From: Sulfuricurvum sp.
GTDB lineage: Bacteria > Campylobacterota > Campylobacteria > Campylobacterales > Sulfurimonadaceae
Direction of reading: 5' to 3'
NCBI GenBank assembly: GCA_036170115.1
Contig: JAVHOQ010000095.1
Span: 8,042-72,041 of the forward strand
DNA length: 64,000 nucleotides
Made by a program: the position numbers and the translations under genes. Each line of letters starts with the position of its first letter. Within the stretch, counting starts at the first letter, position 1. The notes beneath the pieces were generated by a model, which was given only the letters and a program-made list of their open reading frames with translations, had not been told where the DNA came from and ran no database searches. Below, in pieces: positions 30,144 through 40,458 of the stretch.

Positions 30144-32933
30144 ATGTCATTGGATAGAAGAGAATTTTTAAAAAGCGCTGCTGCTGCATCGGCTGCAACG
30201 GCTATTGGAATGGCGGTTCCTTCAAGCGTAGAAGCTGCATCGAACCAAGCACAAGCGGGATGGCGTTGGGATAAAGCGGCGTGCCGTTTTTGTGGAACAG
30301 GGTGTGGCATCATGATGGCGACCAAAGATGACCGTATCGTCGCGGTTAAAGGGGATCCACTCGCCCCTGTAAATCGGGGTCTTAACTGCATTAAAGGGTA
30401 TTTTAATGCCAAAATCATGTACGGTGCTGACCGTTTAACGCAGCCCCTTTTGCGTATGAATGATCAAGGTCACTTTGATAAACACGGTAAATTTAAACCC
30501 GTTAGTTGGAAACGTGCGTTTGATGAGATGGAAATTCACATCAAATCGGCACTTAAAGAAAAAGGGCCTACGGGGATTGCCATGTTTAGCTCCGGTCAGC
30601 AAACCGTTATGGAGGGGGTTGCTGCCCTTAAACTCATGAAAGCGGGTTTTCGTACCAACAATATTGATCCCAATGCCCGTTTGTGTATGGCATCGGCGGT
30701 TACGGGATTTATGAACGTTTTTGGTGCGGATGAGCCATCGGGCTGTTACGATGATATTGAACTCGCCGAGACCATTGTGGCATTTGGTTCCAATATGGCG
30801 GAGATGCACCCTATTTTGTGGTCACGCGTTTCGGATCGAAAACTCAGCAATCCCACTAAAGTACAAGTGGTTGTCCTCTCCACGTATAAACACCGAACGA
30901 TGGATCTTGCGGATGTCGAAATCATCTTTAAACCCAACACCGATTTGGCAATTTTTAATTACATCGCCCGTGAGATTGTGTACAACCATCCCGAAGCAAT
31001 TGATTGGGAGTTTGTCAATAAATACATCGTATTTGCGACCGGTCCTGTCGATATTGGGTATGGATTGCGGGATGATATTCATCACCCGAAATACAAAAAA
31101 AGTGAACTTGATACCGCTGCTAAACAAAAATCCAAAGTACTGACCGCCGATGAGGGGGTTAGCTTAGGGTATTTGGGCTACAAAGCAGGCGATACGCTGG
31201 AGATGAAAAATGCCAATGATGCCAATAAACATTGGAAAATCACTTATAAAGAATTCAAAAAAGGGCTTGCCCCCTACACCCTTGAGTATACAGCACACGT
31301 TTCAAAAGGGGATCCGGATGAAAAGGTTGAGGAATACAAAGCAAAACTTCAAAAAATGGCCGATTTGTACATTGAGAAAAAACGTAAATGTCTCACTTTT
31401 TGGACGATGGGATTCAATCAACATACCCGTGGGACATGGGTCAATGAACAAGCGTATATGATCCATTTTCTCCTTGGTAAACAAGCAAAACCTGGTAGCG
31501 GAGCGTTCTCTTTGACCGGTCAACCTTCCGCGTGTGGTACAGCACGTGAAGTAGGAACGTTTAGTCATCGACTTCCAGCAGATATGGTCGTTACCAACCC
31601 TGACCATCGAAAAAGAGCCGAAGAGATCTGGCGCATTCCCGCAGGGACGATTAACCCCAAAGCGGGATCCCATTTCACCCAAATTCATCGTGATTTGGAA
31701 GATGGAAAAGTGAAGTTTGCGTGGGTAAGTGTCTGTAATCCCTATCAAGATACAGGAAATGCGGAACATTGGATCAAAGCAGCGCGTGAAATGGACAATT
31801 TTATTGTTACGTCTGATGGCTATCCGGGTATTTCAGCAAAAGTGTCGGATTTGATTTTACCCAGTGCTATGATGTACGAAAAATGGGGAGCGTATGGTAA
31901 TGCCGAACGCCGAACCCAGCACTGGCGACAGCAAGTAACCCCCATAGGGGATGCGATGTCGGATACGTGGCAGTTTGTCGAACTTTCCAAACGCTTCACT
32001 CTCAAAGAGGTATGGGGTGCTCAAAAAATCCCGGGGCTTGAGGGGGGATTACCCGATATTATGGGGTCTGCCAAAGCGATGGGATACAAAGAGACCGATA
32101 CGCTCTATGACATTTTATTTGCTAGTCCAACGGCGAAAACCTACCATTGGCCTGATCCCGTGGGCAAAGGGTACCAAAACTCCGAAGTTGAGGGGGATAA
32201 ACGTAACGTTATCGGAAGTGATGGTAAACCCTTTAAAGGGTATGGCTTTTTCTTGCAAAAATATTTGTGGGAAGAGTACCGTAAATTTGGGGGTGGTCAT
32301 GGACATGACTACGCCGATTTTGATACCTATCACCGTGTTCGTGGATTGAAATGGCCGGTTGTGGATGGCAAAGAGACGCTATGGCGTTACAACGCCAAAT
32401 ACGATCCGTATGCGAAAAAAGCCAACAGCGGTCCTTTTTCTTTTTACGGTCATGCGTTTAAAGAGATCCCCTCAGGTAATCTCAAAGGGGTGACCGATCC
32501 TGTAAAAGTTCATTTGGAGGGGAAAGCGAAAATCTTCTTCCGACCGTACATGGAACCCACCGAAGTCCCCGATAGCAATTATGATATTTGGCTTTGTACG
32601 GGTCGCGTGTTAGAACACTGGCACAGCGGAACAATGACGATGCGGGTACCAGAACTCTATCGTGCCGTCCCTGAAGCCCTGTGCTATATCCATCCCAAAG
32701 ATGCCGAAAAACGGGGCGTGAAACAAGGGGATATGGTATGGGTCGAATCGCGTCGTGGTAAAGTCAAAGCGCACGTCGAAACACGGGGTCGTAACCGTCC
32801 GCCACGGGGATTGGTCTTTGTCCCATGGTTTGATGAAAAAGTCTTTATTAACAAAGTGTGTTTGGATCACACCTGTCCTATTTCCAAACAAATCGACCAT
32901 AAAAAATGTGCCGTCAAAATCTATAAAGCGTAA
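30144..32933 (+). CDS. napA: Periplasmic nitrate reductase catalytic subunit (ATG 30144)
   Basis: Tat signal [22 protein letters not shown] [4Fe-4S], [11 protein letters not shown]o ligand, TGRVLEHWH. Confidence 0.98.
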   Translation: MSLDRREFLKSAAAASAATAIGMAVPSSVEAASNQAQAGWRWDKAACRFCGTGCGIMMATKDDRIVAVKGDPLAPVNRGLNCIKGYFNAKIMYGADRLTQPLLRMNDQGHFDKHGKFKPVSWKRAFDEMEIHIKSALKEKGPTGIAMFSSGQQTVMEGVAALKLMKAGFRTNNIDPNARLCMASAVTGFMNVFGADEPSGCYDDIELAETIVAFGSNMAEMHPILWSRVSDRKLSNPTKVQVVVLSTYKHRTMDLADVEIIFKPNTDLAIFNYIAREIVYNHPEAIDWEFVNKYIVFATGPVDIGYGLRDDIHHPKYKKSELDTAAKQKSKVLTADEGVSLGYLGYKAGDTLEMKNANDANKHWKITYKEFKKGLAPYTLEYTAHVSKGDPDEKVEEYKAKLQKMADLYIEKKRKCLTFWTMGFNQHTRGTWVNEQAYMIHFLLGKQAKPGSGAFSLTGQPSACGTAREVGTFSHRLPADMVVTNPDHRKRAEEIWRIPAGTINPKAGSHFTQIHRDLEDGKVKFAWVSVCNPYQDTGNAEHWIKAAREMDNFIVTSDGYPGISAKVSDLILPSAMMYEKWGAYGNAERRTQHWRQQVTPIGDAMSDTWQFVELSKRFTLKEVWGAQKIPGLEGGLPDIMGSAKAMGYKETDTLYDILFASPTAKTYHWPDPVGKGYQNSEVEGDKRNVIGSDGKPFKGYGFFLQKYLWEEYRKFGGGHGHDYADFDTYHRVRGLKWPVVDGKETLWRYNAKYDPYAKKANSGPFSFYGHAFKEIPSGNLKGVTDPVKVHLEGKAKIFFRPYMEPTEVPDSNYDIWLCTGRVLEHWHSGTMTMRVPELYRAVPEALCYIHPKDAEKRGVKQGDMVWVESRRGKVKAHVETRGRNRPPRGLVFVPWFDEKVFINKVCLDHTCPISKQIDHKKCAVKIYKA

Positions 32934-32944
32934 CGGAAAAAAGG

Positions 32945-33742
32945 ATGAAAAATTCTCCCTCAAACGATCGTCGTCGTTTTCTCCTCTCCCTTGCACGAGG
33001 GATTGGATTGAGTGCGATGGGTGCGTTGGTCTGGAGTGCGTATGTGGGAGAGGTAAGAGCAGCTCCCCTTGTTTTACGTCCTCCGGGTGCTTTGCGCGAA
33101 GAGGAGTTCATTAAAAATTGTATTAAATGTGGATTGTGTGTTGAAGCGTGTCCTTATGATACTCTCAAATTGGCAAGACCGGGGGATAACCTACCCATAG
33201 GAACACCGTACTTTACCCCGCGCACGATCCCCTGTTATATGTGTAGTGATGTCCCTTGTGTCCCTGTTTGTCCCAGTGGTGCGCTCAATGAACCCTCCGT
33301 GAGCAGTTATGTAAAAGGGTACAGCACGCTTACGATCAATAAGGCCCGTATGGGATTGGCGGTTATTGATCAAGAATCGTGTATCGCATCATGGGGTATT
33401 CAATGTGATGCGTGTTATCGAGCGTGTCCTTTATTGGGGTACGCCATTACCATTGAATACTCCAAAAATGAACGGACAGGGAAACACGCGTTTCTTAAAC
33501 CCATTGTTCATGGGGATTTTTGTACCGGATGCGGACTCTGTGAACACGCGTGTGTGACCCAAAAGGCGGCAATTTATGTCTTACCCCGAGCTTTGGCAAT
33601 GGGAGAAGTGGGCAATCATTACATCAAAGGGTGGGATCCTAACGATGAAAAACGGCTTGAAGGGGTCAAACAAGAGACCACCCATACCACCCTCAGTGAA
33701 AAAAGTGCGGTTGATTCCCTCAATGATGAAGGTGGATTGTGA
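32945..33742 (+). CDS. napG: Ferredoxin-type protein NapG
   Basis: DRRRFL, LRPPGA, four Cys clusters. Confidence 0.95.
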   Translation: MKNSPSNDRRRFLLSLARGIGLSAMGALVWSAYVGEVRAAPLVLRPPGALREEEFIKNCIKCGLCVEACPYDTLKLARPGDNLPIGTPYFTPRTIPCYMCSDVPCVPVCPSGALNEPSVSSYVKGYSTLTINKARMGLAVIDQESCIASWGIQCDACYRACPLLGYAITIEYSKNERTGKHAFLKPIVHGDFCTGCGLCEHACVTQKAAIYVLPRALAMGEVGNHYIKGWDPNDEKRLEGVKQETTHTTLSEKSAVDSLNDEGGL

Positions 33743-34557
33743 TGAAACACGTTAAATATCTCGTGATGCGACGGTTGAGTCAACTCTCTATTTTATGTCT
33801 TTACTTCGGAGCCAATGTTTGGGGCTGGAAGGTGTTGCAAGGGGATTTGAGTGCTTCGTTGTTTATGGGAAAAATTCCCTTGGCAGATCCGTACGCGGTG
33901 GCACAAATTGCTCTTACGGGTGCGACGATGGGGATGGATATTCTCCTTGGCGCACTCATTGTCGCACTCTTTTATGGAATTATTGGTGGACGGGGCTTTT
34001 GCAGTTGGGTGTGTCCCATCAATATTATTACCGATATGGCGGCATGGCTTCGCCGTAAAATGAAGTTTGCAGAAATCCAAAAACGGTTTTATCTAAGCCG
34101 TTTGCTTCGGTATTGGATTTTAGGGCTTAGTTTCGTGTTGTCAGCGGTGATGGGAGTAGCGGTTTTTGAACTCATTAGCCCCATTTCCATGGCACATCGT
34201 GGCGTTATATTTGGTATGGGTATGGGTGGCGGTGCATTGATGGTCATCTTTTTGTTTGATCTGTTGGTGCATGAACATGGATGGTGTGGCTATATTTGTC
34301 CCTTGGGTGCATCGTATGCGCTAATGAGTCAATTTTCCCTCATTCGTGTCCACCATGATGCCAATAAATGTACCGATTGTCGAGACTGTATCACCGTATG
34401 CCCTGAAAAAGAGGTACTGTTTATGATCAATCGTAGCAGTGAAAGTGTTTTGATGGGGGAGTGTACCAATTGTGGCAGATGCGTCGATGTTTGCTGTGAA
34501 GAGGCACTTGAATTTTCGATTAGAAGTCACTTAAAACAACCAAAGGATGAAAAATGA
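33739..34557 (+). CDS. napH: Quinol dehydrogenase membrane subunit NapH
   Basis: FCSWVCP, WCGYICPLG, two ferredoxin motifs. Confidence 0.95.
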   Translation: MMKHVKYLVMRRLSQLSILCLYFGANVWGWKVLQGDLSASLFMGKIPLADPYAVAQIALTGATMGMDILLGALIVALFYGIIGGRGFCSWVCPINIITDMAAWLRRKMKFAEIQKRFYLSRLLRYWILGLSFVLSAVMGVAVFELISPISMAHRGVIFGMGMGGGALMVIFLFDLLVHEHGWCGYICPLGASYALMSQFSLIRVHHDANKCTDCRDCITVCPEKEVLFMINRSSESVLMGECTNCGRCVDVCCEEALEFSIRSHLKQPKDEK

Positions 34558-35171
34558 AAGCAAATCGAATCATTGGCAGTTTGGTAGCTGCGTGTATCGT
34601 AATGAGTGGTGTTTATGCTGCAGGGAGTGTAAATGCGGGTATAGATGAAAAAGACGTGGGGATGCGTAAGGGGGAACTTTATACCGAAGATACCGCCATC
34701 CCCGATGGAACCCATTATCATAAAGAAGCACCGGGAAGTTCTAAAAAAATTCAACGTGCCTTCACCGACGCACCCCCTATGATCCCCCATGATATTAGTG
34801 ATTTAGGGGAAATTGATAAAAACAATAATGCGTGTCTTGGATGTCATATGCCCGATGTTGCCAAAACGGTAGGGGCAACCCCCCTGCCTAAAACCCATTT
34901 TACCAATTTTCGTCCTGCGGTAGAATCGGATAGTGAGGATAATTTTAAATCCGAAAGTAATGATCAAATTATCAAAAAAGATTTGAGAGATCAAATTTAT
35001 CAGGGGCGTTACAACTGTACCCAATGTCACGCGCCGCAAACAGAGGGAAAACTACGGGTTGAGAGTAAATTTAAACCCGATTTTGCCGATAACAAAGGGC
35101 AAAAGCATAAAAATCGATCGTATTTGATGGATGAGCTGGATGTGGGTGTCAAAGTCGGAAACGGGTTATAG
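34554..35171 (+). CDS. napB: Diheme cytochrome NapB
   Basis: APPMIPH, CLGCH, PKTHF, CTQCH. Confidence 0.95.
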   Translation: MKANRIIGSLVAACIVMSGVYAAGSVNAGIDEKDVGMRKGELYTEDTAIPDGTHYHKEAPGSSKKIQRAFTDAPPMIPHDISDLGEIDKNNNACLGCHMPDVAKTVGATPLPKTHFTNFRPAVESDSEDNFKSESNDQIIKKDLRDQIYQGRYNCTQCHAPQTEGKLRVESKFKPDFADNKGQKHKNRSYLMDELDVGVKVGNGL

Positions 35172-35172
35172 C

Positions 35173-35649
35173 GTGTCTACCTCCTCACGACGAGATTTTT
35201 TCGGGGTTTTAGGGTCACTGTTTAAAGAGACCAACAACGTTATCCGCCCCCCTTATGCGCCTATGACAGCAACGTTTAGCGAATGCCGTAGTTGCGAGGG
35301 GATGTGTGTTAGCGCGTGCGAAGAAAAAATTATTCATCGTGATGCAAAAGGGATCCCTTTTTTGGATTTTAAAACCAACGGATGCAGTGATTGTCACCGT
35401 TGTCTGGAGGTGTGTACGCCCCATGTTTTGAGTGATCCTGATCGTTTTATTCAAGGGCGCGCGCGTATTACGTCGATGATGTGTATGTCGCATCATGAGA
35501 CGATCTGTTTTGCGTGCAAAGATCCTTGTTTGGAAGAGGCAATTGTCTTTCAGGGGATGTTGCGCCCTGTTATTATCCCCGAAAAATGTACGGCGTGTGG
35601 GTATTGTGTTGCGGTATGCCCTACTGGGGCGATCACGGTGATAGCATGA
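35173..35649 (+). CDS. napF: Ferredoxin-type protein NapF (GTG 35173)
   Basis: SRRDFF, IRPPY, multiple CxxCxxCxxxC motifs. Confidence 0.9.
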   Translation: MSTSSRRDFFGVLGSLFKETNNVIRPPYAPMTATFSECRSCEGMCVSACEEKIIHRDAKGIPFLDFKTNGCSDCHRCLEVCTPHVLSDPDRFIQGRARITSMMCMSHHETICFACKDPCLEEAIVFQGMLRPVIIPEKCTACGYCVAVCPTGAITVIA

Positions 35650-36584
35650 AACTTTTCCTTTGTTTGATCGGATTAAGCGTTCTCCTTCAGGGTGCAATCT
35701 CTTTTTCAAGGGTGATTCAAACCTCTGCTTCCATTAGTGATATGGTAGTACGTGAGGGGAAAATCTATGTTGCAACGGATGGTGCGGGGGTTGAAATCCT
35801 TGAGACACACTTGTTTAAAAAAGTGGGACGTATTGTACTGCCCCTGATTACCAAGGGTGAGGGAAAATCCTTTTTTCCTAAAGTCTATTCGGTAGATCAC
35901 TACCAAAAATCAACCGTTATGGTCACCGAAAGTGGGGGCGATTTTCGCAATGTGTATGTAGCACGAGAGGGTAAAATACGCAAAATCATTGACACTACAT
36001 GGGGATTTTTGATCAAAAAAGTCCGTTTTATTGATCAAGATCATGTACTCTTGGGTCTTTCAGGTGATACTATGGTCTTGATGGATATTACCAAAAACAC
36101 CCTTGTGTATCATAGCCAAGCAGGGGGTGGGGTGTTGAGAGATATGGCGTTAAGCCCTTCCAAATCACTGGTCGCCATTGCCGATGAAGGGGGAGAAATT
36201 ACCATGCTTGATGTTCACACGGGTCGTCACGTTAAAACCCTGCGCGGTATCAATGTTGATAATATTAACCGAATTGATTACCAAAAAAATACGATTATCA
36301 GTGCAGGGCAAGATCGTCGTGTGGGGCTTTACCGCGCGCAGGGGAGTTATTACCTTGAACGTGATTTTTTTGTGTATGCCGTTGGTCTTAGCCCCTCAAG
36401 CCTGAGAGGTGTTTATACCAATGGAACTGAAAACGATTTAGAAGTTTTTGACACCATGACCAAACGACCTATTGCTGCTCTTCACGGAGGAGGGGTGATT
36501 TTGGATACGCTGATTTTTTTGGATGAACATCGTTTGATTGGTGCGGGTGAAGAGAATAAAATTTACTATTGGAGATTACCATGA
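35646..36584 (+). CDS. napL: WD40-like periplasmic protein NapL (ATG 35646)
   Basis: Signal peptide, beta-propeller-like repeats, position between napF and napD as in epsilon nap operons. Confidence 0.85.
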   Translation: MKLFLCLIGLSVLLQGAISFSRVIQTSASISDMVVREGKIYVATDGAGVEILETHLFKKVGRIVLPLITKGEGKSFFPKVYSVDHYQKSTVMVTESGGDFRNVYVAREGKIRKIIDTTWGFLIKKVRFIDQDHVLLGLSGDTMVLMDITKNTLVYHSQAGGGVLRDMALSPSKSLVAIADEGGEITMLDVHTGRHVKTLRGINVDNINRIDYQKNTIISAGQDRRVGLYRAQGSYYLERDFFVYAVGLSPSSLRGVYTNGTENDLEVFDTMTKRPIAALHGGGVILDTLIFLDEHRLIGAGEENKIYYWRLP

Positions 36585-36931
36585 ATATTTCAAGCATTGT
36601 GGTGCAAACCAACCCCAACTATACGGATGAAGTCGTAGCCGTGTTAAAAGTAGCCGATTTTTGTGATTACCATTTTCATGATGAAAAAGGGCGCATCATT
36701 GTCACCATAGAGGGGGAGGGGGTCGAAGAAGAGATCCCTAAGCTGGTCAAAATTCAAGAGATGGAACACGTCATTTCTGCTGATATGTCGTTTGCGTACA
36801 GCGAAGATGAACTCAATGCAGAACGGGACAAATTGGAAGTAATAGGCAACGATATCCCCCAGTGGCTCAATGATGAAAACGCCACTAAAAGAGATATTCA
36901 GTACAACGGCGATCTCAAAGATCGATTTTAA
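36581..36931 (+). CDS. napD: NapA signal-peptide chaperone (ATG 36581)
   Basis: MNISSIVV, GRIIVTIEG. Confidence 0.92.
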   Translation: MNISSIVVQTNPNYTDEVVAVLKVADFCDYHFHDEKGRIIVTIEGEGVEEEIPKLVKIQEMEHVISADMSFAYSEDELNAERDKLEVIGNDIPQWLNDENATKRDIQYNGDLKDRF

Positions 36932-36949
36932 GCGTTTAAGGAACCCAAA

Positions 36950-38179
36950 ATGAGAAAAACCACCCTATCCCTTGTTGCCGTAGTGGCACTGGTCACAACG
37001 CTAAGCGCAGAGGATTTTAGCCTCTTAAGCCATCCAACGTTCAATGGCGAAGTACGCGCCCGTTACGAAAACGTCGATGACCAAAGTAATACCAAAAGTC
37101 AAGCCAATGCCTATACGGTACGCGCAACTCTTGGACTTAACGCCAATGTGTTTGGTCTGGATGCCCTTACGATGAAAGTGGAGGGAACCACCGTACAAGC
37201 CATAGGACCACAATACTACTTTGATGGTACCTACAATGGGATGACCACCTACGATACGGTCGTAGATCCCGTTCAAACCCGATTTGACCAAGCCTATCTC
37301 CAGTACAAAGTGGGCAAAACCACCATCAAAGCGGGTCGTCAAGTGATCAATTTGGATAACCAACGGTTTATTGGATCGGTGGATTGGCGACAAATGATGC
37401 AAAGCTTTGATGCCGTACTGCTCACCGATACCACCGTCGATAATCTCACCTTAACGGGGGGGTATATCCGCAGTATCGCAGGGATTACCAATGCTCCAGT
37501 GACATTGAGAAATCGTGGTAATTCGATTGTGTTAAATGGATCGTATAAATTCAATGATATGCTCAAAGTGACCGCGTATGACTATAGGCTCGCTTCAACA
37601 CACGACACAGCAGGAGTGGCAATGACAGGAGATGTCCCCCTTGGTATCGCTAAAATTGGGTATCGTGCGGAATACGCCCGACAAGGGGATGCTTCACAAG
37701 AGAGTCTAGGGGGGATTAAAAATGCCCAAGCCGATGCCCACTATTATAACCTTGATGCCCTTGCCAATGTCAGTGGGGTCTTGGTGGGTGCAGGATACGA
37801 AGTGCTAAGTGGTTCCACCGGAAGTGATGGTAAAACCGCCTTCCAAACCCCGCTAGCGACCCTCCATGCGTTTAATGGATGGGCGGATAAATTTCTCACG
37901 ACCCCAACAGGGGGATTATGCGATGCCAGTGCAACGTTTGGGTACACCTCTCCTGCATTGGGAAAAGCAGTGATCGTCTATCACGATTTTAAAACCGATC
38001 ACGTCATGGCAACCAAAAGTGACCTTGGGCATGAGTGGGATATGCTCTACACCAATGCTATCCCCAGTATCAAAGGGTTAAGTGGTCTTATCAAAGCGGG
38101 CTATTATAAAGCAGGGGATGTTGCAACTTTTACCAAAGATGTCTCTAAAGTGTGGCTTCAACTCGATTATAAATTTTAG
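36950..38179 (+). CDS. Outer-membrane beta-barrel, alginate-export family-like
   Basis: Signal peptide, RARYE, GRQVINLDNQRFIGSVDWRQ, FQTPLATLHAFNGWADKFL, C-terminal LDYKF. Confidence 0.8.
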   Translation: MRKTTLSLVAVVALVTTLSAEDFSLLSHPTFNGEVRARYENVDDQSNTKSQANAYTVRATLGLNANVFGLDALTMKVEGTTVQAIGPQYYFDGTYNGMTTYDTVVDPVQTRFDQAYLQYKVGKTTIKAGRQVINLDNQRFIGSVDWRQMMQSFDAVLLTDTTVDNLTLTGGYIRSIAGITNAPVTLRNRGNSIVLNGSYKFNDMLKVTAYDYRLASTHDTAGVAMTGDVPLGIAKIGYRAEYARQGDASQESLGGIKNAQADAHYYNLDALANVSGVLVGAGYEVLSGSTGSDGKTAFQTPLATLHAFNGWADKFLTTPTGGLCDASATFGYTSPALGKAVIVYHDFKTDHVMATKSDLGHEWDMLYTNAIPSIKGLSGLIKAGYYKAGDVATFTKDVSKVWLQLDYKF

Positions 38180-38194
38180 AGTAAGGAAAATTCA

Positions 38195-40285
38195 ATGGAT
38201 GTTTGTAAACGTGATGGATCAATTGAAACGTTTCATCTGTATAAGATTGTGGATGCACTCAAAAAAGCGTTTGAAAGTGTTGAGCGACCCTACCATCACG
38301 TTGCGTTAAAAGCTCTATTGGATCGACTGGAATCAAAATCGTTTTGGAGTGTTGAAGAGATTCAAGACATCATCGAAGAAGAGCTGCACCATTTAGGGGA
38401 ATTTTCGGTGATGAAATCGTTTATTACCTACCGATTTTTGCATAAAATGCAGCGAGACCATATTTTGGGTTTGAGTGCTGAGACCACCTACGTTAACTCG
38501 ACCCAAAGTGTTCACGAGTATATTCATCAATCCGACTGGCGCGTGAATGCCAATGCCAATACGGGCTACTCCCATGCTGGATTGGTCAATAACCTCGCGG
38601 GTAAAGTAATCGCTAACTTTTGGCTTGATACGGTGTATGCCCCGCATGAGGGAACCGCGCACCGTAATGGTGACATTCATATTCATGATCTTGATTGTCT
38701 TAGTGGCTATTGCGCTGGATGGAGCTTGAGAGCATTGCTCAATGAAGGGTTCAATGGGGTACGGGGGCGTGTAGAGAGTACCCCTCCTCGCCATTTTCGA
38801 GAAGCGTTGGGTCAAATGGCCAATTTTTTAGGAATTTTACAATCCGAATGGGCGGGAGCGCAAGCCTTTAGCTCCTTTGATACGTACTTGGCTCCGTACG
38901 TTTTTGCCGATGAACTCTCTTTTTCTGAGATCAAAAAAGCAATTCGAGGGTTTGTCTATAACCTCAATGTCCCCGCCCGATGGGGGCAATCCCCTTTTAC
39001 GAATATTACGTTGGATTGGAGTGTCCCTGATGATTTGGCATTGCAATTTCCGACGTGTAATGACCTGCATTTGTTTCATAATTTTCCTTTTACCGCCCAT
39101 CATCAGCGTAAGCTTTTTGAGCGAAACAAACGCACCACAACCGATTTGACGTATGACGATTTTCAATACGAAATGGATCAAATTAACCGTGCTTTTTATG
39201 AAGTTATGAGTGAGGGCGATGCCCATGGATCGCCGTTTACGTTTCCCATTCCGACGGTCAATATCACCGAAGATTTCGACTGGTATGGGGAGAATACCGA
39301 TGTTTTGTTTGAAAATACGGCCAAAATTGGGTCAAGCTATTTTCAAAATTTTATTGGAAGCCAGTACCTTAAGGATGAGGATGGTCTCCAAGTAGACAAT
39401 CCCAATGCGTATAAGCCAGGTGCCGTACGGAGTATGTGCTGTCGATTGCAGCTGGATTTACGCGAGTTGCTTAAACGGGGCAATGGATTGTTTGGGAGTG
39501 CAGAGATGACGGGGAGTATTGGGGTTGTGACCATCAATATGGCACGATTGGGTTATTTGTATCCCCATGATGAGAAGAGGTTATACGAAGCGTTGGATCT
39601 TCTTATGGAGATTGCGTATGCAACGTTAGAGAAAAAACGGGTTTTTGTCAACGAGATGTTTGCGCGTGGACTTTATCCCTATACGGCACGTTATTTGAAA
39701 CATTTTAACAACCACTTTTCTACGATTGGGGTCAATGGAATGAATGAGATGGTACGTAATTTTACAGGTGATAGGGAAACTATAGCTACCCCATTTGGGG
39801 TGGAGTTTTCGCTAAAAATGTTAGAAAAAATGCGCAATGTGATTCGTGGTTATCAAGAACGCAGTGGTAATTTGTACAATCTTGAAGCAACGCCTGCGGA
39901 GGGGACGACGTATCGTTTTGCCAAAGAGGATAAAAAACGGTATCCCGCTATTCTCCAAGCAGGTGAGGGGGAGAATGTCTACTATACCAACAGTTCGCAA
40001 CTTCCCGTTATGCACACCGACGATCCGTTTGAGGCACTGGAACTGCAAGATGAGCTTCAGTGTAAATACACCGGAGGGACGGTACTGCATCTGTATATGA
40101 GTGAACGTATTGGGAGTATTGAGGCGTGTCGGCGGATGATTAAAAATGTATTAACCCATCATCGACTCCCTTATATCACGATCACACCGTTATTCTCGGT
40201 GTGTCCTATTCATGGTTATTTGCACGGCGAACACGAGTTTTGTCCCAAATGTGACGAAACCATTTTATCTAAGGAAGTTGCATGA
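38195..40285 (+). CDS. nrdD: Class III ribonucleotide reductase large polypeptide lacking the glycyl-radical loop
   Basis: ATP cone (KRDGS), HIHDLD, YCAGWS, FTFPIPT, MCCRL, LEATPAEG, terminal CPIH..CPKC then stop. Confidence 0.92.
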   Translation: MDVCKRDGSIETFHLYKIVDALKKAFESVERPYHHVALKALLDRLESKSFWSVEEIQDIIEEELHHLGEFSVMKSFITYRFLHKMQRDHILGLSAETTYVNSTQSVHEYIHQSDWRVNANANTGYSHAGLVNNLAGKVIANFWLDTVYAPHEGTAHRNGDIHIHDLDCLSGYCAGWSLRALLNEGFNGVRGRVESTPPRHFREALGQMANFLGILQSEWAGAQAFSSFDTYLAPYVFADELSFSEIKKAIRGFVYNLNVPARWGQSPFTNITLDWSVPDDLALQFPTCNDLHLFHNFPFTAHHQRKLFERNKRTTTDLTYDDFQYEMDQINRAFYEVMSEGDAHGSPFTFPIPTVNITEDFDWYGENTDVLFENTAKIGSSYFQNFIGSQYLKDEDGLQVDNPNAYKPGAVRSMCCRLQLDLRELLKRGNGLFGSAEMTGSIGVVTINMARLGYLYPHDEKRLYEALDLLMEIAYATLEKKRVFVNEMFARGLYPYTARYLKHFNNHFSTIGVNGMNEMVRNFTGDRETIATPFGVEFSLKMLEKMRNVIRGYQERSGNLYNLEATPAEGTTYRFAKEDKKRYPAILQAGEGENVYYTNSSQLPVMHTDDPFEALELQDELQCKYTGGTVLHLYMSERIGSIEACRRMIKNVLTHHRLPYITITPLFSVCPIHGYLHGEHEFCPKCDETILSKEVA

Positions 40286-40458
40286 AAACATCGATACCCT
40301 CCCCACATTCTGCGTTAAAACGGACACGCTGTATGGTCTATACCCGAGTAATGGGGTACTATCGCCCTGTGGAGAGCTTTAATATTGGTAAAAAACAAGA
40401 GCATAAAGAGCGTACCCATTTTAAAGAAGATGCGCATCGCGATGCGTGCATTGTATGA
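40282..40458 (+). CDS. Stand-alone 58-aa NrdD glycyl-radical domain (not in the ORF track)
   Basis: MKTSIPSPHSALKRTRCMVYTRVMGYYRPVESFNIGKKQEHKERTHFKEDAHRDACIV; ATGA overlap with the nrdD stop; AAGGA RBS. Confidence 0.9.
   Translation: MKTSIPSPHSALKRTRCMVYTRVMGYYRPVESFNIGKKQEHKERTHFKEDAHRDACIV

Noticed and set aside
40270-40285. Programmed frameshift fusing nrdD to the 58-aa ORF
   Set aside because: The -1 frame is open for only about 10 nt before the stop, with no slippery sequence; the RBS and ATGA overlap indicate re-initiation.
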